From NCBI GenBank assembly GCA_045401115.1, contig CP174359.1, forward strand, positions 547,247 to 611,246: DNA of 64,000 nucleotides, given 5' to 3'. The notes beneath the pieces were generated by a model. It ran no database searches. It had not been told where the DNA came from and saw only the letters and a program-made list of their open reading frames with translations. Made by a program: the position numbers and the translations under genes. Numbering within the stretch: position 1 is the stretch's first letter; every line of letters starts with the position of its first letter. Below, in pieces: positions 28,135-38,209 of this stretch. The stretch is from Candidatus Phycocordibacter aenigmaticus (GTDB lineage Bacteria > Patescibacteriota > Minisyncoccia > Phycocordibacterales > Phycocordibacteraceae).

Positions 28135-29424
28135 CTATGTGCGCTCAATCGTAGCGCCTAATGACTGGAATTTTTGTTCAATCTGTTGATAGCCGCGGTC
28201 AATCAAGTGTGCATTACCGATACGTGACGTTCCACTGGCAACAGCACCTGCAAGCAGGAATGCGAGACCGGCACGAATATCCGGACCATCAATATCACGG
28301 GCCTTGAGTGGCGTCGGGCCTTTGACCGTTGCTTTGTGTGGGTTCCAGATACGAATGTCCGCTCCCATTGTTACTAAGTCATCAATATAATTAAGACGAC
28401 CATCAAAAATAGTTTCCACCACAGCGCTTTCTCCCTCTGCCTGTGTTAAGAGCGTCGTCATGGGCGCCTGAAGATCGGTAGGAAATCCCGGATGTTCGTG
28501 GGTACGGATATCAGTCGCGCGAAGCGTATCTGGACGCGATACAGTAATCGTATCTTCAGTAGCATGGATAGGGACTCCCATAACACGCAGTGCTTCAATA
28601 ACCGCATCCAGATCACTGGGACGCACATTAGTAATGGTCACATCTTTACCCAATAACGCACCAAGAATCAAAAAGCTCCCCGCCTCAATACGATCAGGGA
28701 TGACAGCAAACGGTTCTTGTGGTGGTTCAACATGTGCAGGATGAATAATTATTGTCGGTGTTCCGGCTCCTTCAATACGCGCACCACATTTTTTCAAAAA
28801 ATCTGCAGTTGCAACCACTTCCGGCTCCATTGCACAGTTTTTAAGTGTGACCGGAGCCTGTGCGCGTACCGCAGCCATCATAAATGTTTCCGTTGCCGTT
28901 ACCGACATAACGCGGAAAAAGATCGTACCACCGGAAAGACCTTCGGGAGGTGCAGTAAGGGTGCTACTTTCTTCGTCTCCCGTAAAGGAACATCCAAGCG
29001 TCTGAAACCCTTCAATAAATAAATCAATGGGACGGGAACCAAGTACACATCCACCAGGGTGAGGAAATGTGACACTTCCAAGCCGAGCAAGTGTTGCGCC
29101 AATAAGTAAAACACTTGCCCGTAATCGTTTTGCTAGTGTCTGGTCTAAAATAGTATTTTTTGCATCTTGTGTACGAATTGAACAAACCCCGTCCCGGTAG
29201 CTTCCATACGCTCCAATCCCTTCAAGTAAAGAAATCATCGAGTGCACATCCGCAATATTAGGTACATTCGTTAATTGTGTCTCACCATCCACAATAAGCG
29301 ATGCTGCCATAATAGGTAACACCGCATTTTTAGCCCCCTCAATAGCGACACTTCCTGAGAGTGTTGGTTCCCCCGCTGAACCGGTAATAATAAAAGCCTG
29401 GTTTTCGTTGATATTCATAGGCAT
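28135..29424 (-). CDS. murA: UDP-N-acetylglucosamine 1-carboxyvinyltransferase
   Basis: 429 aa; EPSP-synthase-like fold; active-site Cys region HPGGCVLGSRPID; start MPMNINENQAFIITGSAG. Confidence 0.9.
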   Translation of the reverse strand: MPMNINENQAFIITGSAGEPTLSGSVAIEGAKNAVLPIMAASLIVDGETQLTNVPNIADVHSMISLLEGIGAYGSYRDGVCSIRTQDAKNTILDQTLAKRLRASVLLIGATLARLGSVTFPHPGGCVLGSRPIDLFIEGFQTLGCSFTGDEESSTLTAPPEGLSGGTIFFRVMSVTATETFMMAAVRAQAPVTLKNCAMEPEVVATADFLKKCGARIEGAGTPTIIIHPAHVEPPQEPFAVIPDRIEAGSFLILGALLGKDVTITNVRPSDLDAVIEALRVMGVPIHATEDTITVSRPDTLRATDIRTHEHPGFPTDLQAPMTTLLTQAEGESAVVETIFDGRLNYIDDLVTMGADIRIWNPHKATVKGPTPLKARDIDGPDIRAGLAFLLAGAVASGTSRIGNAHLIDRGYQQIEQKFQSLGATIERT

Positions 29425-29493
29425 ATTCTAACAGCTTTTCCCGCAGCACCCCACAGGACAACAGGGCTGAAATAAAATCAGAAAAAGCGTATC

Positions 29494-31431
29494 ATGGATG
29501 AAATGCATGTCATCAAAGTTATACCAATAAGCCGCCGTGGCCTCAAAGGACATCTTTCCTTCTTTTCAAAAAAAGATATCCCTGAAGGAGCAGTTATTGA
29601 TGTACCTGTCCGTGGTAAACCTACACCCGCACTGGTTATTGCCAGTGTTGATGCGCGTGATGAAAAATTATTACTTCGCGGTAGTTCTTTTTCACTTAAA
29701 AAAATAGCACCGAAAAGTATCCGCACTATTTTTCCTGCACATATTATTGCAGCATTTCGTAAGACAGCTGAGTGGCACGCAGTTGGTCTCGGTGAAGTGC
29801 TTGCTCATTTTTCACCAAAAGCTGTACTTACTGCTCCCGTAAAAACTCCAGTTGAAGAAGTAGACCTTACTGACGCACATGCTCCTGCATCAGAAACATT
29901 AGTGCTCCAAGCAAACCTTGACGAGCGTATGCGGATGTATCGCTCATTGGCACGTGAAGCCTTTGCGCGTAACGAGTCTTTGATGATTATTACACCCACT
30001 ATTGCCGAAACTGAAATACTCTACGAGAAACTGCACCGCGGCATCGAAGAATCAGTAATTATCCTCACGAGTGCACTGACTAAAAAGAAATTAATCACAA
30101 CATGGGAGCGTGCAATAAATAGCACGCAACCAGTACTCATCATCGCTACGTATTCATTTGTAGCGCTGCCACGTAATGATTTTAATGCAATTATTATTGA
30201 ACATGAAAATGCCCGTAGCTATACGGCACGTGAACACCCACGTATCGATACACGCGTTGCCGCAGAATATATTGCTCAAGCAAGTAATACTCGTATTATT
30301 TTTGCCGACTTTCCGGTACGTGTTGAAACACGCGCACGACTTGAGTCAGGTGAATTAGAAGAACTAACACGTCTTCAAGTATCGTCACAAAGCACCGGAC
30401 AAATACAGATAATTGACGCAAAAGAAAAGAAAAATATCCCAGCAGACGTAGAAGCGGTTAAAAAGGAAATGCGTCGCCGAAAACAATTCTCTGTATTTAC
30501 CGATGCCGCACGTGAAGCGATTACTCAAGAACTTGCACGCGGTGGGCGCGTCTTTCTCTATGCAACCCGACGCGGCCTGGCGCCGGTAACTGTATGTAAT
30601 GATTGTGGCACTCCAGTGACTGACCCTGCCACCGGCAGTCCAATGACCCTTCATAAAACAAATGAAGGCAATGTATTTCTCTCTTTTTACTCAGGTGCGA
30701 TAATGCCGTCAAATATTTCTTGTAGAGATTGCGGGAGTTGGAACCTTGTGTCTCTTGGTATTGGTGTGCAGCGCGTTATTGAAGAGGTAGAGAAACTGTT
30801 TGAAAATGCGCCATTGTTTTCACTTACTGCTGATACAGCACCAACACACGCGAAAGCAAAAAAAATACAAAGCTACTTCTTTAATACACCCGGTGCAATA
30901 TTAGTAGGCACCGAACGAGCTCTTCCTTATCTCAACGAACCCACTGAACTCTCTGTAGTGACCTCTATTGATTCTCTTCTCTCAATTTCTGCATGGCGGG
31001 CACATGAATATGCGCTTGCAACTCTTTTTTATATTAGCGATCGTACACAAGACCGTCTTCTCATACAAACCCGACTTCCCGATCATCCAGTAATGCATGC
31101 CATGGTAAACGGAAATCCTACTGATTTTATCCGCACTGAACTCGCAGAGAGAAAAAAATTTGGCTATCCACCATTCTCCCTCTTTATTGGCCTCACGTGG
31201 ACCGGTACTGAAAAAACAGTCACGACGATCGGAGAAGAATTAAAAGAACCTTTAGCTCAATGGGATGTGGTTGGTCCTCTTCCTCCCCGTGCCATCAAAA
31301 AAAATCAGTATCTCGCACGTGCGGTAATTCGTGTACCAAAAGACTCATGGCCTCATCCTGAATTAGTTCGGATTATTAAAAACCTACCACGCACCATCAC
31401 CGTTACCGTCAATCCTGACGATATTATTTAG
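29494..31431 (+). CDS. priA: primosomal protein N' (PriA)-like protein with degenerate ATPase motifs
   Basis: 645 aa; N-terminal 3'-DNA-binding-like domain; helicase-core topology; CxxC...CxxC zinc-binding insertion (CNDCGTP...CRDCGS); the Walker A position reads QANLDERM instead of GxTGSGKT and the DExH position reads IIEHEN. Confidence 0.7.
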   Translation: MDEMHVIKVIPISRRGLKGHLSFFSKKDIPEGAVIDVPVRGKPTPALVIASVDARDEKLLLRGSSFSLKKIAPKSIRTIFPAHIIAAFRKTAEWHAVGLGEVLAHFSPKAVLTAPVKTPVEEVDLTDAHAPASETLVLQANLDERMRMYRSLAREAFARNESLMIITPTIAETEILYEKLHRGIEESVIILTSALTKKKLITTWERAINSTQPVLIIATYSFVALPRNDFNAIIIEHENARSYTAREHPRIDTRVAAEYIAQASNTRIIFADFPVRVETRARLESGELEELTRLQVSSQSTGQIQIIDAKEKKNIPADVEAVKKEMRRRKQFSVFTDAAREAITQELARGGRVFLYATRRGLAPVTVCNDCGTPVTDPATGSPMTLHKTNEGNVFLSFYSGAIMPSNISCRDCGSWNLVSLGIGVQRVIEEVEKLFENAPLFSLTADTAPTHAKAKKIQSYFFNTPGAILVGTERALPYLNEPTELSVVTSIDSLLSISAWRAHEYALATLFYISDRTQDRLLIQTRLPDHPVMHAMVNGNPTDFIRTELAERKKFGYPPFSLFIGLTWTGTEKTVTTIGEELKEPLAQWDVVGPLPPRAIKKNQYLARAVIRVPKDSWPHPELVRIIKNLPRTITVTVNPDDII

Positions 31432-31478
31432 AACATACCTAAAAGCATAGAATACTGTTTTCAGTTATACTGCACATT

Positions 31479-32039
31479 ATGGAAAAGGAGATTGTTTTCG
31501 AAGGTGATCCGGTGCTCAGAGCTATAGCTAAAGAGGTCCCCCGTGACCTTTTTGGCAGCAAAAAACTCTATGACATCATTGCTAATATGCAACGTGCACT
31601 GCGTAATACCGAATACGGAGTTGCTATTGCCGCACCACAAATTGGCGTATCGTACCGTATATTTTTGGTCCGTGGTTTCGTTATGCAGAATAATGAAAAA
31701 AATGATGAAGATGAAGATGTTGTATTCATTAATCCAACTATTGTTCGCACTTCAAAAGCAACTATTGAAATTGACGGGGAAGGATGTCTCTCGGTGCCTC
31801 ATATTTATGGCACCGTCGTAAGACATGAAAAAGTAGCTGTACAAGCTTACGATGCACAAGGGAAAAAATTTGAGCGTGGCGGTAGTGGTTTAATCGCGGA
31901 AATCTATGAACATGAAATTGAGCACCTTGATGGTATTTTATTTATTGATAAGGCAGTTAATTTACGTGAAGAAATAAAAAAACCCACTGATAATGATGAA
32001 GAAGAAGATAATGAATCAACTCTAAAAACACATGAATAA
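31479..32039 (+). CDS. def: peptide deformylase
   Basis: 186 aa; the three PDF motifs present (EGCLSVP, HEIEHLDG); acidic C-terminal tail. Confidence 0.9.
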   Translation: MEKEIVFEGDPVLRAIAKEVPRDLFGSKKLYDIIANMQRALRNTEYGVAIAAPQIGVSYRIFLVRGFVMQNNEKNDEDEDVVFINPTIVRTSKATIEIDGEGCLSVPHIYGTVVRHEKVAVQAYDAQGKKFERGGSGLIAEIYEHEIEHLDGILFIDKAVNLREEIKKPTDNDEEEDNESTLKTHE

Positions 32040-32907
32040 CAAACCTACTATCGTATTTTTTGGTACCCCTCACTTTGCAGTGCAGACACTTGAAGCGCTA
32101 GAAGCAGCGCAGCTACTCCCCGACATCGTTATCACCGCCCCTGATAAACCTGCTGGGCGCGGTCTTCTTTTAAAACCTTCACCTGTTAAAGAGTGGGCGG
32201 AAGATCGGGAGATTCCTGTATTGGAACCAGAAAGCTTAAAAAAAGACAGCGAAACGCTTGATTTACTTTATAACTCAGAGTGGGACCTCTTTATCGTATC
32301 GGCATACGGTAAAATTCTACCAAAAGCTATTATTGACCTACCAGCTCATGGCACATTAAATGTACATCCTTCACTACTTCCCCGTTTTCGTGGCGCCTCT
32401 CCTATTGAAAGTCAGATATTAGAAAACGAGCAGAACACTGGAGTTACTATCATGCTTATGGATGAGGAACTTGATCATGGTCCTGTACTTGCTCAAGCAT
32501 CGGTTACTCCTGAAGAGTGGCCACTTACTGCCCCGCTTCTTGATGAGCTTCTTGGCCATGTTGGCGGTGAACTTCTCACTGAAACTATCCCTACATGGAT
32601 TGCTGGCGAAATAACTCCTGAAGCGCAAAATCATGACAAAGCAACATATACACGTAAAATAGAAAAAGCAGATGGAGAAATTGATCTTACTGACGACGGG
32701 TATCAAAACTATCTAAAGTATTGTGCCTACTCCGGCTGGCCAGGAACCTTTTTTAGGCATATAAAAAATGACGGGGACATGATACGTGTAAAAATCACCG
32801 ACGCCACGTTTGAAGATGGCGCATTCATACCACGCTTGGTAGTTCCTGAAGGTAAAAAAGAAACGGAATATACAACGTTTCTTAATAATGTCGGTAGTAG
32901 TGCCTAA
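32032..32907 (+). CDS. fmt: methionyl-tRNA formyltransferase
   Basis: 291 aa; formyltransferase N-domain (IVFFGTPHFAV; HxSLLPRFRG) plus C-terminal domain; overlaps def by 8 nt (def-fmt operon). Confidence 0.9.
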   Translation: MNNKPTIVFFGTPHFAVQTLEALEAAQLLPDIVITAPDKPAGRGLLLKPSPVKEWAEDREIPVLEPESLKKDSETLDLLYNSEWDLFIVSAYGKILPKAIIDLPAHGTLNVHPSLLPRFRGASPIESQILENEQNTGVTIMLMDEELDHGPVLAQASVTPEEWPLTAPLLDELLGHVGGELLTETIPTWIAGEITPEAQNHDKATYTRKIEKADGEIDLTDDGYQNYLKYCAYSGWPGTFFRHIKNDGDMIRVKITDATFEDGAFIPRLVVPEGKKETEYTTFLNNVGSSA

Positions 32908-33275
32908 CCTTTCCGTCCAAAGTTTCTAAAGAAATCTTTAATTTGTTTTCCACCACGACGTGCAAGATCACGTTTTTTCTCGCGTGTCTTTTTTAATTCC
33001 CGCCGCATCTCTTTCACTGTCTCGTCAATAGCATTACGGAGTGTCTCATTCACCGCATCAGCATACAAATCGCCGCCGGCGAATGTAAGATGAATTTCAC
33101 CACGAAATACATCACCTGACTTCTGCCCTTCAGTGGTGGTGCCTACCTCAACCTGTGCGAGTGCTGAATCATCACCTTTTACAAACACCTCAAGTTTGCT
33201 GACTTTCTTTTCAATAAGTGTAGTAAGTTCCTCATTAAGCGTGACTGAACCGGTCGTTTTTATTTTTATTTGCAT
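32904..33275 (-). CDS. hpf: ribosome hibernation promoting factor (S30AE/RaiA family)
   Basis: 123 aa; beta-alpha-beta-beta-beta-alpha sigma-54 modulation protein fold residues; basic C-terminal tail. Confidence 0.8.
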   Translation of the reverse strand: MQIKIKTTGSVTLNEELTTLIEKKVSKLEVFVKGDDSALAQVEVGTTTEGQKSGDVFRGEIHLTFAGGDLYADAVNETLRNAIDETVKEMRRELKKTREKKRDLARRGGKQIKDFFRNFGRKG

Positions 33276-33280
33276 TATTC

Positions 33281-33544
33281 TTATGATACCGCACTATCAT
33301 TTTCCTGCCCATTATTTGGGGTGTTTATAGATACCGAAAAGACCTTTTTTCGTGACCGGTGGCCACTAACCAGACGCACATCGCCTAAGGAAACCTTATA
33401 ATGCAAAGCAATAACTTCTCGTACTCGTTTATTTGCCGCGTTGGCAACAGGTGGTTCACGTACCGAAATACTGAGCATTGTTTCATCCTCAACAATAATG
33501 TGCTCTTTTTTAGCACCCGGGGTGACTTTCACTGCAATATACAT
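33281..33544 (-). CDS. DUF167/YggU-family protein
   Basis: 87 aa; YggU-like segments (AANKRVREVIALHYKVSLGDVRLVSG). Confidence 0.55.
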   Translation of the reverse strand: MYIAVKVTPGAKKEHIIVEDETMLSISVREPPVANAANKRVREVIALHYKVSLGDVRLVSGHRSRKKVFSVSINTPNNGQENDSAVS

Positions 33545-33548
33545 TCCA

Positions 33549-33830
33549 CTATAGATCGCAGATATGAGTTGTTGTGTCCTTAAAGCGAGAAGAGTCGCCG
33601 GTAAACTTTTTACATAAATATTCTACAATAGCGTCAGATTCATAGGTGGAAAAATCATTTTCATCGTCCACTAAAAATGGCACTTGGCGCACGCCTCCGA
33701 GGTGTAGTAGTTCATCAAGATTCGCTTCCTCAGAAATTTCTTTAATTGTTGCCTCAACACCGAGCTCTTCTACGGCACGAAGTACTTTTCGTGAATAAGG
33801 ACAATGTGGTTTTACATAAAGTGTAATCAT
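33549..33830 (-). CDS. glutaredoxin/NrdH-like thiol-disulfide oxidoreductase
   Basis: About 93 aa from MITLYVKPHCPYS; CPYS active site; thioredoxin fold. Confidence 0.7.
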   Translation of the reverse strand: MITLYVKPHCPYSRKVLRAVEELGVEATIKEISEEANLDELLHLGGVRQVPFLVDDENDFSTYESDAIVEYLCKKFTGDSSRFKDTTTHICDL

Positions 33831-33928
33831 ACGGAGCATAGTGTATCACATCGCCTCACTTGCTTTCTCATTTACTTTCTCGTTATACTAAGGGACACAC
33901 ATATATTACTCACTAACAAAAAAACAAT

Positions 33929-34465
33929 ATGAAAGAAGGAAATCGCATCCCCGATGTAGTGTTTAAAACCCGTGTTCGTGATGAATCAGTACCAGGTGAA
34001 AACCCATATCGTTGGGAAGATAAAACCAGTGCTGATATCTTTGGCGACAAAAAGGTAGTTGTATTTGCACTTCCAGGAGCATTTACTCCAACATGTTCAT
34101 CAACACACGCACCGGGCTACGAAGCAAAGTATGACGAATTTAAGCAGCTAGGCATTGATGAAGTTATCTGTCTTTCAGTAAACGATGCGTTCGTTATGAA
34201 AAAGTGGGCTGACGACCTTGGTATTAAAAAGGTATACATGCTTCCTGATGGAAATGCAGACTTTACCCGTGGCATGGATATGCTTGTTAAGAAAGAGAAT
34301 CTCGGCTTTGGCGATCGTTCATGGCGTTACGCTATGTATGTTGAAGATGGAGAAATTAAAAAGATGTTCATTGAGCCAGGTAAAAATGATAACCATCCTG
34401 ACGATCCGTTTGAGACATCAGACGCAGATACAATGCTTGAATATCTTAAGGAAAACGCGAGTTAG
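33929..34465 (+). CDS. peroxiredoxin (Prx5 / glutaredoxin-dependent type)
   Basis: 178 aa; PGAFTPTCS peroxidatic-Cys motif characteristic of Prx5-type 1-Cys/atypical 2-Cys peroxiredoxins. Confidence 0.85.
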   Translation: MKEGNRIPDVVFKTRVRDESVPGENPYRWEDKTSADIFGDKKVVVFALPGAFTPTCSSTHAPGYEAKYDEFKQLGIDEVICLSVNDAFVMKKWADDLGIKKVYMLPDGNADFTRGMDMLVKKENLGFGDRSWRYAMYVEDGEIKKMFIEPGKNDNHPDDPFETSDADTMLEYLKENAS

Positions 34466-34484
34466 GTGATACAACACGTTATTC

Positions 34485-34515
34485 AAAAAACGGACATTAC
34501 GATGTCCGTTTTTTT
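34485..34515. terminator. bidirectional intrinsic terminator (A6-CGGACAT-TACG-ATGTCCG-T7)
   Basis: 7-bp stem with A-run and T-run; sits between convergent genes. Confidence 0.75.
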
Positions 34516-34846
34516 AATATATAAGAATACCTAACACAATAAACGCGTCGATGAAAATTAAGAACGAGGAACCAAATAAAATTGGATATTCTTTATGCAC
34601 CAGCGCATACACAAAGTACACCATTGCATTAAGAGTGAATATACTCCATGTCACCAGCGATAGATTACTTGCATCCTGTGTACTCCAAATAATCCATGCT
34701 TGCGGGATAGTGCCAAACGCAATAATAAATCCGAAAAGCATCATCAAGTAATCCAGTCCACGAATAAGTGGGTTTGGGTGTGGATATGGTTCACAATGTA
34801 CTTTTACCCGTTTTCGTTTTCCTTGGTGCTGTGGGGCATGTGTCAT
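34514..34846 (-). CDS. small PQ-loop/SemiSWEET-like membrane protein
   Basis: 110 aa; three predicted TM helices with a PQ motif (GTIPQAWIIW) in TM1; basic N-terminal extension. Confidence 0.4.
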   Translation of the reverse strand: MTHAPQHQGKRKRVKVHCEPYPHPNPLIRGLDYLMMLFGFIIAFGTIPQAWIIWSTQDASNLSLVTWSIFTLNAMVYFVYALVHKEYPILFGSSFLIFIDAFIVLGILIY

Positions 34847-34901
34847 ATCGTGTAGATTTTTAAAATTAAATTAATCGTCATTAAATATAAAGTATACTAC
34901 C

Positions 34902-35399
34902 CTATCCGATGAGTTTACGGTGCACCGCGCCGGTGGAAATCAGCAACACGATACCCACTAACAGCGCAACAGATGGATTCTGTAGAAACGGCACTGTACC
35001 AATAATTCCCCAAGCACCATACCAAGTAAGCCAACCACCTAATACTACCGCAACGCCCCAGAACAATGTCTTCAGTTGAATGTATGACGTAACTTTCTTT
35101 AATTCTTCTTTTAATTTCTTTTTACTCAACTTTTCCTGTTCAGCAAAATGTTCGTCAATGCGTTCTTCAAGTTTTTCTGTTACTTCATCGGCAATATATT
35201 CTTCGATATCATCAGAGACAATACTCGCGATATCTTCTGTAAGATTTTCAACTTCGCTCGTACCACCCTTTCCTATATCTTCAGCAATAGAATCAAGTTG
35301 GGATTCTATACTGGTAATACGAGAATCAAGCTCTGTATAAATATCAGAACGTAATTGATTGAGCAACTGTCGTAGCTCTGATGTTTTTTTGTCAGTCAA
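34902..35399 (-). CDS. hypothetical protein (acidic coiled-coil N-region, two C-terminal TM helices)
   Basis: 165 aa; no recognised domain. Confidence 0.4.
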   Translation of the reverse strand: MTDKKTSELRQLLNQLRSDIYTELDSRITSIESQLDSIAEDIGKGGTSEVENLTEDIASIVSDDIEEYIADEVTEKLEERIDEHFAEQEKLSKKKLKEELKKVTSYIQLKTLFWGVAVVLGGWLTWYGAWGIIGTVPFLQNPSVALLVGIVLLISTGAVHRKLIG

Positions 35400-35519
35400 A
35401 TCTTGATTCGTTTATTGTAATCTGCGGATTTTATACTCCGCAACACCACATTGTCAATCAGTTGTATCTGTCTATATCTTTTTTGCTTTTACCGCCATCG
35501 TTACGTACAGTAGAGGAAT

Positions 35520-37001
35520 ATGCAACTCACCAAAACTGACTTTAAAGAGTTCCTCCTCTGCAGTAAATGTTTGTGGTTCAAAAAGAAAAAACCGGACGAA
35601 TATGTCCCTGGTGAGTTTTCACTCTTTTTACAAAAACTTATCAAAGACGGTTATGAAGCGGAACGTTACGTGCAAACACTCTTCCCAGACGGTGTAGCGC
35701 TTAACGGCGATAAAGAAACACTCCTTGAAAAAACCCAACAACATTTGACGAAGAAACAAACCATGTTTCAAGCAACGTTCGCACTCCCTGACGGCCGTTT
35801 TGCCAAAGTTGACATCCTTGCCTATAACGAAGGTACTAAGAAGTGGGACCTCTACGAGATCAAAGCCTCCTCTGAAATAAAAACTGATATTAAACATAAC
35901 CATATTAAAGACGCTGTATTTCAAACTATGTTGGTGGAAGAAGCAGGGGTGCCGATAGATAAAACATACATGGTATATATCAACCGTGATTATCGACGCG
36001 ATGGCGAAGTAAACCCGCACAGTCTTTTTATAGTAGAAGATATAACCGAAACAGTAGTCGAACAGAAACCACAGGTAGCGCAAGAAATTAAGGTCGCCCT
36101 CGAGATGCTTACACGAGACGAAGTGTCACTGAAAGGGTGTGACTGTTTGTATAAGAGTCACGGCCAACGATGCGATATGTTTAGTGAATTCAATCCTCAA
36201 GTGCCCGAATATTCGGTTCATCACATCCTCACCGGTAAAAAATTAATGCAACTGTTAGACGACGGAGTTCTGGAAGTGACCGATATACCTGAAGATTTCC
36301 CTCTCACTGATATACAACAAAACAAAGTGGTCTTACAAAAAACCGGCAAGCCGCAGATAGACACGGAGCGTATTCGCAAAACTCTCAACGATCTCCAGTT
36401 CCCACTTTATTTCCTTGATTATGAAACCTACGGTTCACCTATCCCCCTCCTTGATGGATACAAACCAAACCAACAAGTAGTGTTCCAAGTATCTATACAT
36501 ACACTGCATGAAGATGGCATCCTTGAACACGCTGAATATCTTGCTGATACTCTTGAATATGCCACTAAGGAACTTATGCAAACACTCAAAAAAACTATCG
36601 GCGCTACTGGAAACATAGTTGTCTGGTATGAGTCGTTTGAAAAAGGACGCAATCTTGAGCTCGCAGAACTTCACCCTGAATATAAAGATTTTCTTCTCGA
36701 CATGAATAGTCGAGTGTTTGATCTTATGAAAGTATTTAAAAAAGACTACTTACACCCTGAATTTCGCGGCAGCGCGTCTATTAAAAATGTTTTGCCAGTG
36801 TTATTGCCGGAACTCTCCTATAAATCTCTTGAAATTCAAAACGGCACTATGGCGCTAAGTGAATGGGAGAAAATGATTAAAGGGGCGCTGGATGATGAAC
36901 AAAAAGGCAGTACTCGGGAAAATCTTCTTAAGTACTGTGCGCTCGACACACTCGCTATGGTGGAGATATATAAAAAGCTAAAAAAAGAAGTAACGAACTA
37001 G
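35520..37001 (+). CDS. two-domain nuclease: N-terminal PD-(D/E)xK (DUF2779/Cas4-like, Cys-containing) plus C-terminal DnaQ-like DEDDy 3'-5' exonuclease
   Basis: 493 aa; N-terminal CSKCLWF then D-ILAY...DLYEIKAS (D, E-x-K); C-terminal Exo I YFLDYETYG, Exo III YCALDTLAMVEIY. Confidence 0.6.
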   Translation: MQLTKTDFKEFLLCSKCLWFKKKKPDEYVPGEFSLFLQKLIKDGYEAERYVQTLFPDGVALNGDKETLLEKTQQHLTKKQTMFQATFALPDGRFAKVDILAYNEGTKKWDLYEIKASSEIKTDIKHNHIKDAVFQTMLVEEAGVPIDKTYMVYINRDYRRDGEVNPHSLFIVEDITETVVEQKPQVAQEIKVALEMLTRDEVSLKGCDCLYKSHGQRCDMFSEFNPQVPEYSVHHILTGKKLMQLLDDGVLEVTDIPEDFPLTDIQQNKVVLQKTGKPQIDTERIRKTLNDLQFPLYFLDYETYGSPIPLLDGYKPNQQVVFQVSIHTLHEDGILEHAEYLADTLEYATKELMQTLKKTIGATGNIVVWYESFEKGRNLELAELHPEYKDFLLDMNSRVFDLMKVFKKDYLHPEFRGSASIKNVLPVLLPELSYKSLEIQNGTMALSEWEKMIKGALDDEQKGSTRENLLKYCALDTLAMVEIYKKLKKEVTN

Positions 37002-37017
37002 AATATAATAGAACGGT

Positions 37018-37773
37018 ATGCGTATCACCTCTTGGAATATTTTTTATAAAAATAAACGCTTGGACGATGTAATTATACACTTGGCGCGCAGTACCAATGA
37101 CATTATCTGTCTACAAGAGGTACCTGAACACGCATTACCTCATCTCGATACATTGCCATATCATATGGCACACCAACACACTTTTACTACCAATACCGGC
37201 GAACATATATACTTAGTAACGCTCTCGCGGCATAAAATTACATCACAAAAAAGTATTGCATTTCCAAGCGAGTGGTACAAACGCCCGTCGCTATTCGCAC
37301 GCCTACTTGGTAGCTGTATCGGATGGCATCAGCCGTATCAAGATAGAGCGGCGCTTTTAGTAACAACCACCATTAATGATGCGCCACTGCAAATATTGAA
37401 CATGCATTTAAGTGTCGTGTTCGTGCATGAAAATGTCCGCATCAATGAATTTACAAAAAGTATCGCAACAATTGATGCCACACAACCGCATATTATTTGC
37501 GGTGATTTAAATATTCTTGAGCAACCACATGTAAAAATCATTAACTGGATTATGGGTGGTAGTTTATTTAAAAATGAACGTGCTCTGTTTGAAGACGTAT
37601 TTAGTACACATCACCTCAGTAACCCACTGCGTGGATGTATGACACACTGGTTCACTCGCTCACAGCTCGATCATATATTAGTAAGCGAACACACCACTAT
37701 AGAACAGGCATGGGTAGAGAAAAATACGACTGGCTCTGACCATAATCCTGTACACGTTCATCTAAATACATAG
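37018..37773 (+). CDS. endonuclease/exonuclease/phosphatase (EEP) family protein
   Basis: 251 aa; N-terminal SWNI...CLQEV; downstream GDLN and SDH motifs of the EEP fold. Confidence 0.75.
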   Translation: MRITSWNIFYKNKRLDDVIIHLARSTNDIICLQEVPEHALPHLDTLPYHMAHQHTFTTNTGEHIYLVTLSRHKITSQKSIAFPSEWYKRPSLFARLLGSCIGWHQPYQDRAALLVTTTINDAPLQILNMHLSVVFVHENVRINEFTKSIATIDATQPHIICGDLNILEQPHVKIINWIMGGSLFKNERALFEDVFSTHHLSNPLRGCMTHWFTRSQLDHILVSEHTTIEQAWVEKNTTGSDHNPVHVHLNT

Positions 37774-37784
37774 CTACAAAATTA

Positions 37785-38201
37785 TTACGAAGCGCATTTT
37801 AACAACTTGATCACTCGTAAAAAAATTTCTTGATGTTTACCTCTAATTAAAGGATTATTTACAATATCGTGCTCAGACACAAACGCACCATACTCTCCTT
37901 CTTGTACGTTTACCAACGACTCAAAGTCTTCATCTACTTCTTTACCAAATAAAGATACTACTGAAACATATTCCTCAAATTCACCAAAATACCTACACTG
38001 AGCAGGCTCAATAGTAATAGACAGTTCTTCTTGTATCTCGCGCACCAATGCATCCTCAGCCGATTCCCCTCTCTCACAAGAACCGCCAAAAAGACCATAC
38101 ATACCAGGGTTATGTGGTGCGTCCTGTGTACGCATCTGTAAATACAAAAAGTGCTCCCCGTCTATTTCTTTATAAGGAAGGAAGCCGGCGGTTTTGTTCA
38201 T
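37785..38201 (-). CDS. NUDIX hydrolase
   Basis: 138 aa; Nudix box GGSCERGESAEDALVREIQEELS. Confidence 0.8.
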   Translation of the reverse strand: MNKTAGFLPYKEIDGEHFLYLQMRTQDAPHNPGMYGLFGGSCERGESAEDALVREIQEELSITIEPAQCRYFGEFEEYVSVVSLFGKEVDEDFESLVNVQEGEYGAFVSEHDIVNNPLIRGKHQEIFLRVIKLLKCAS

Positions 38202-38209
38202 AGATATTA

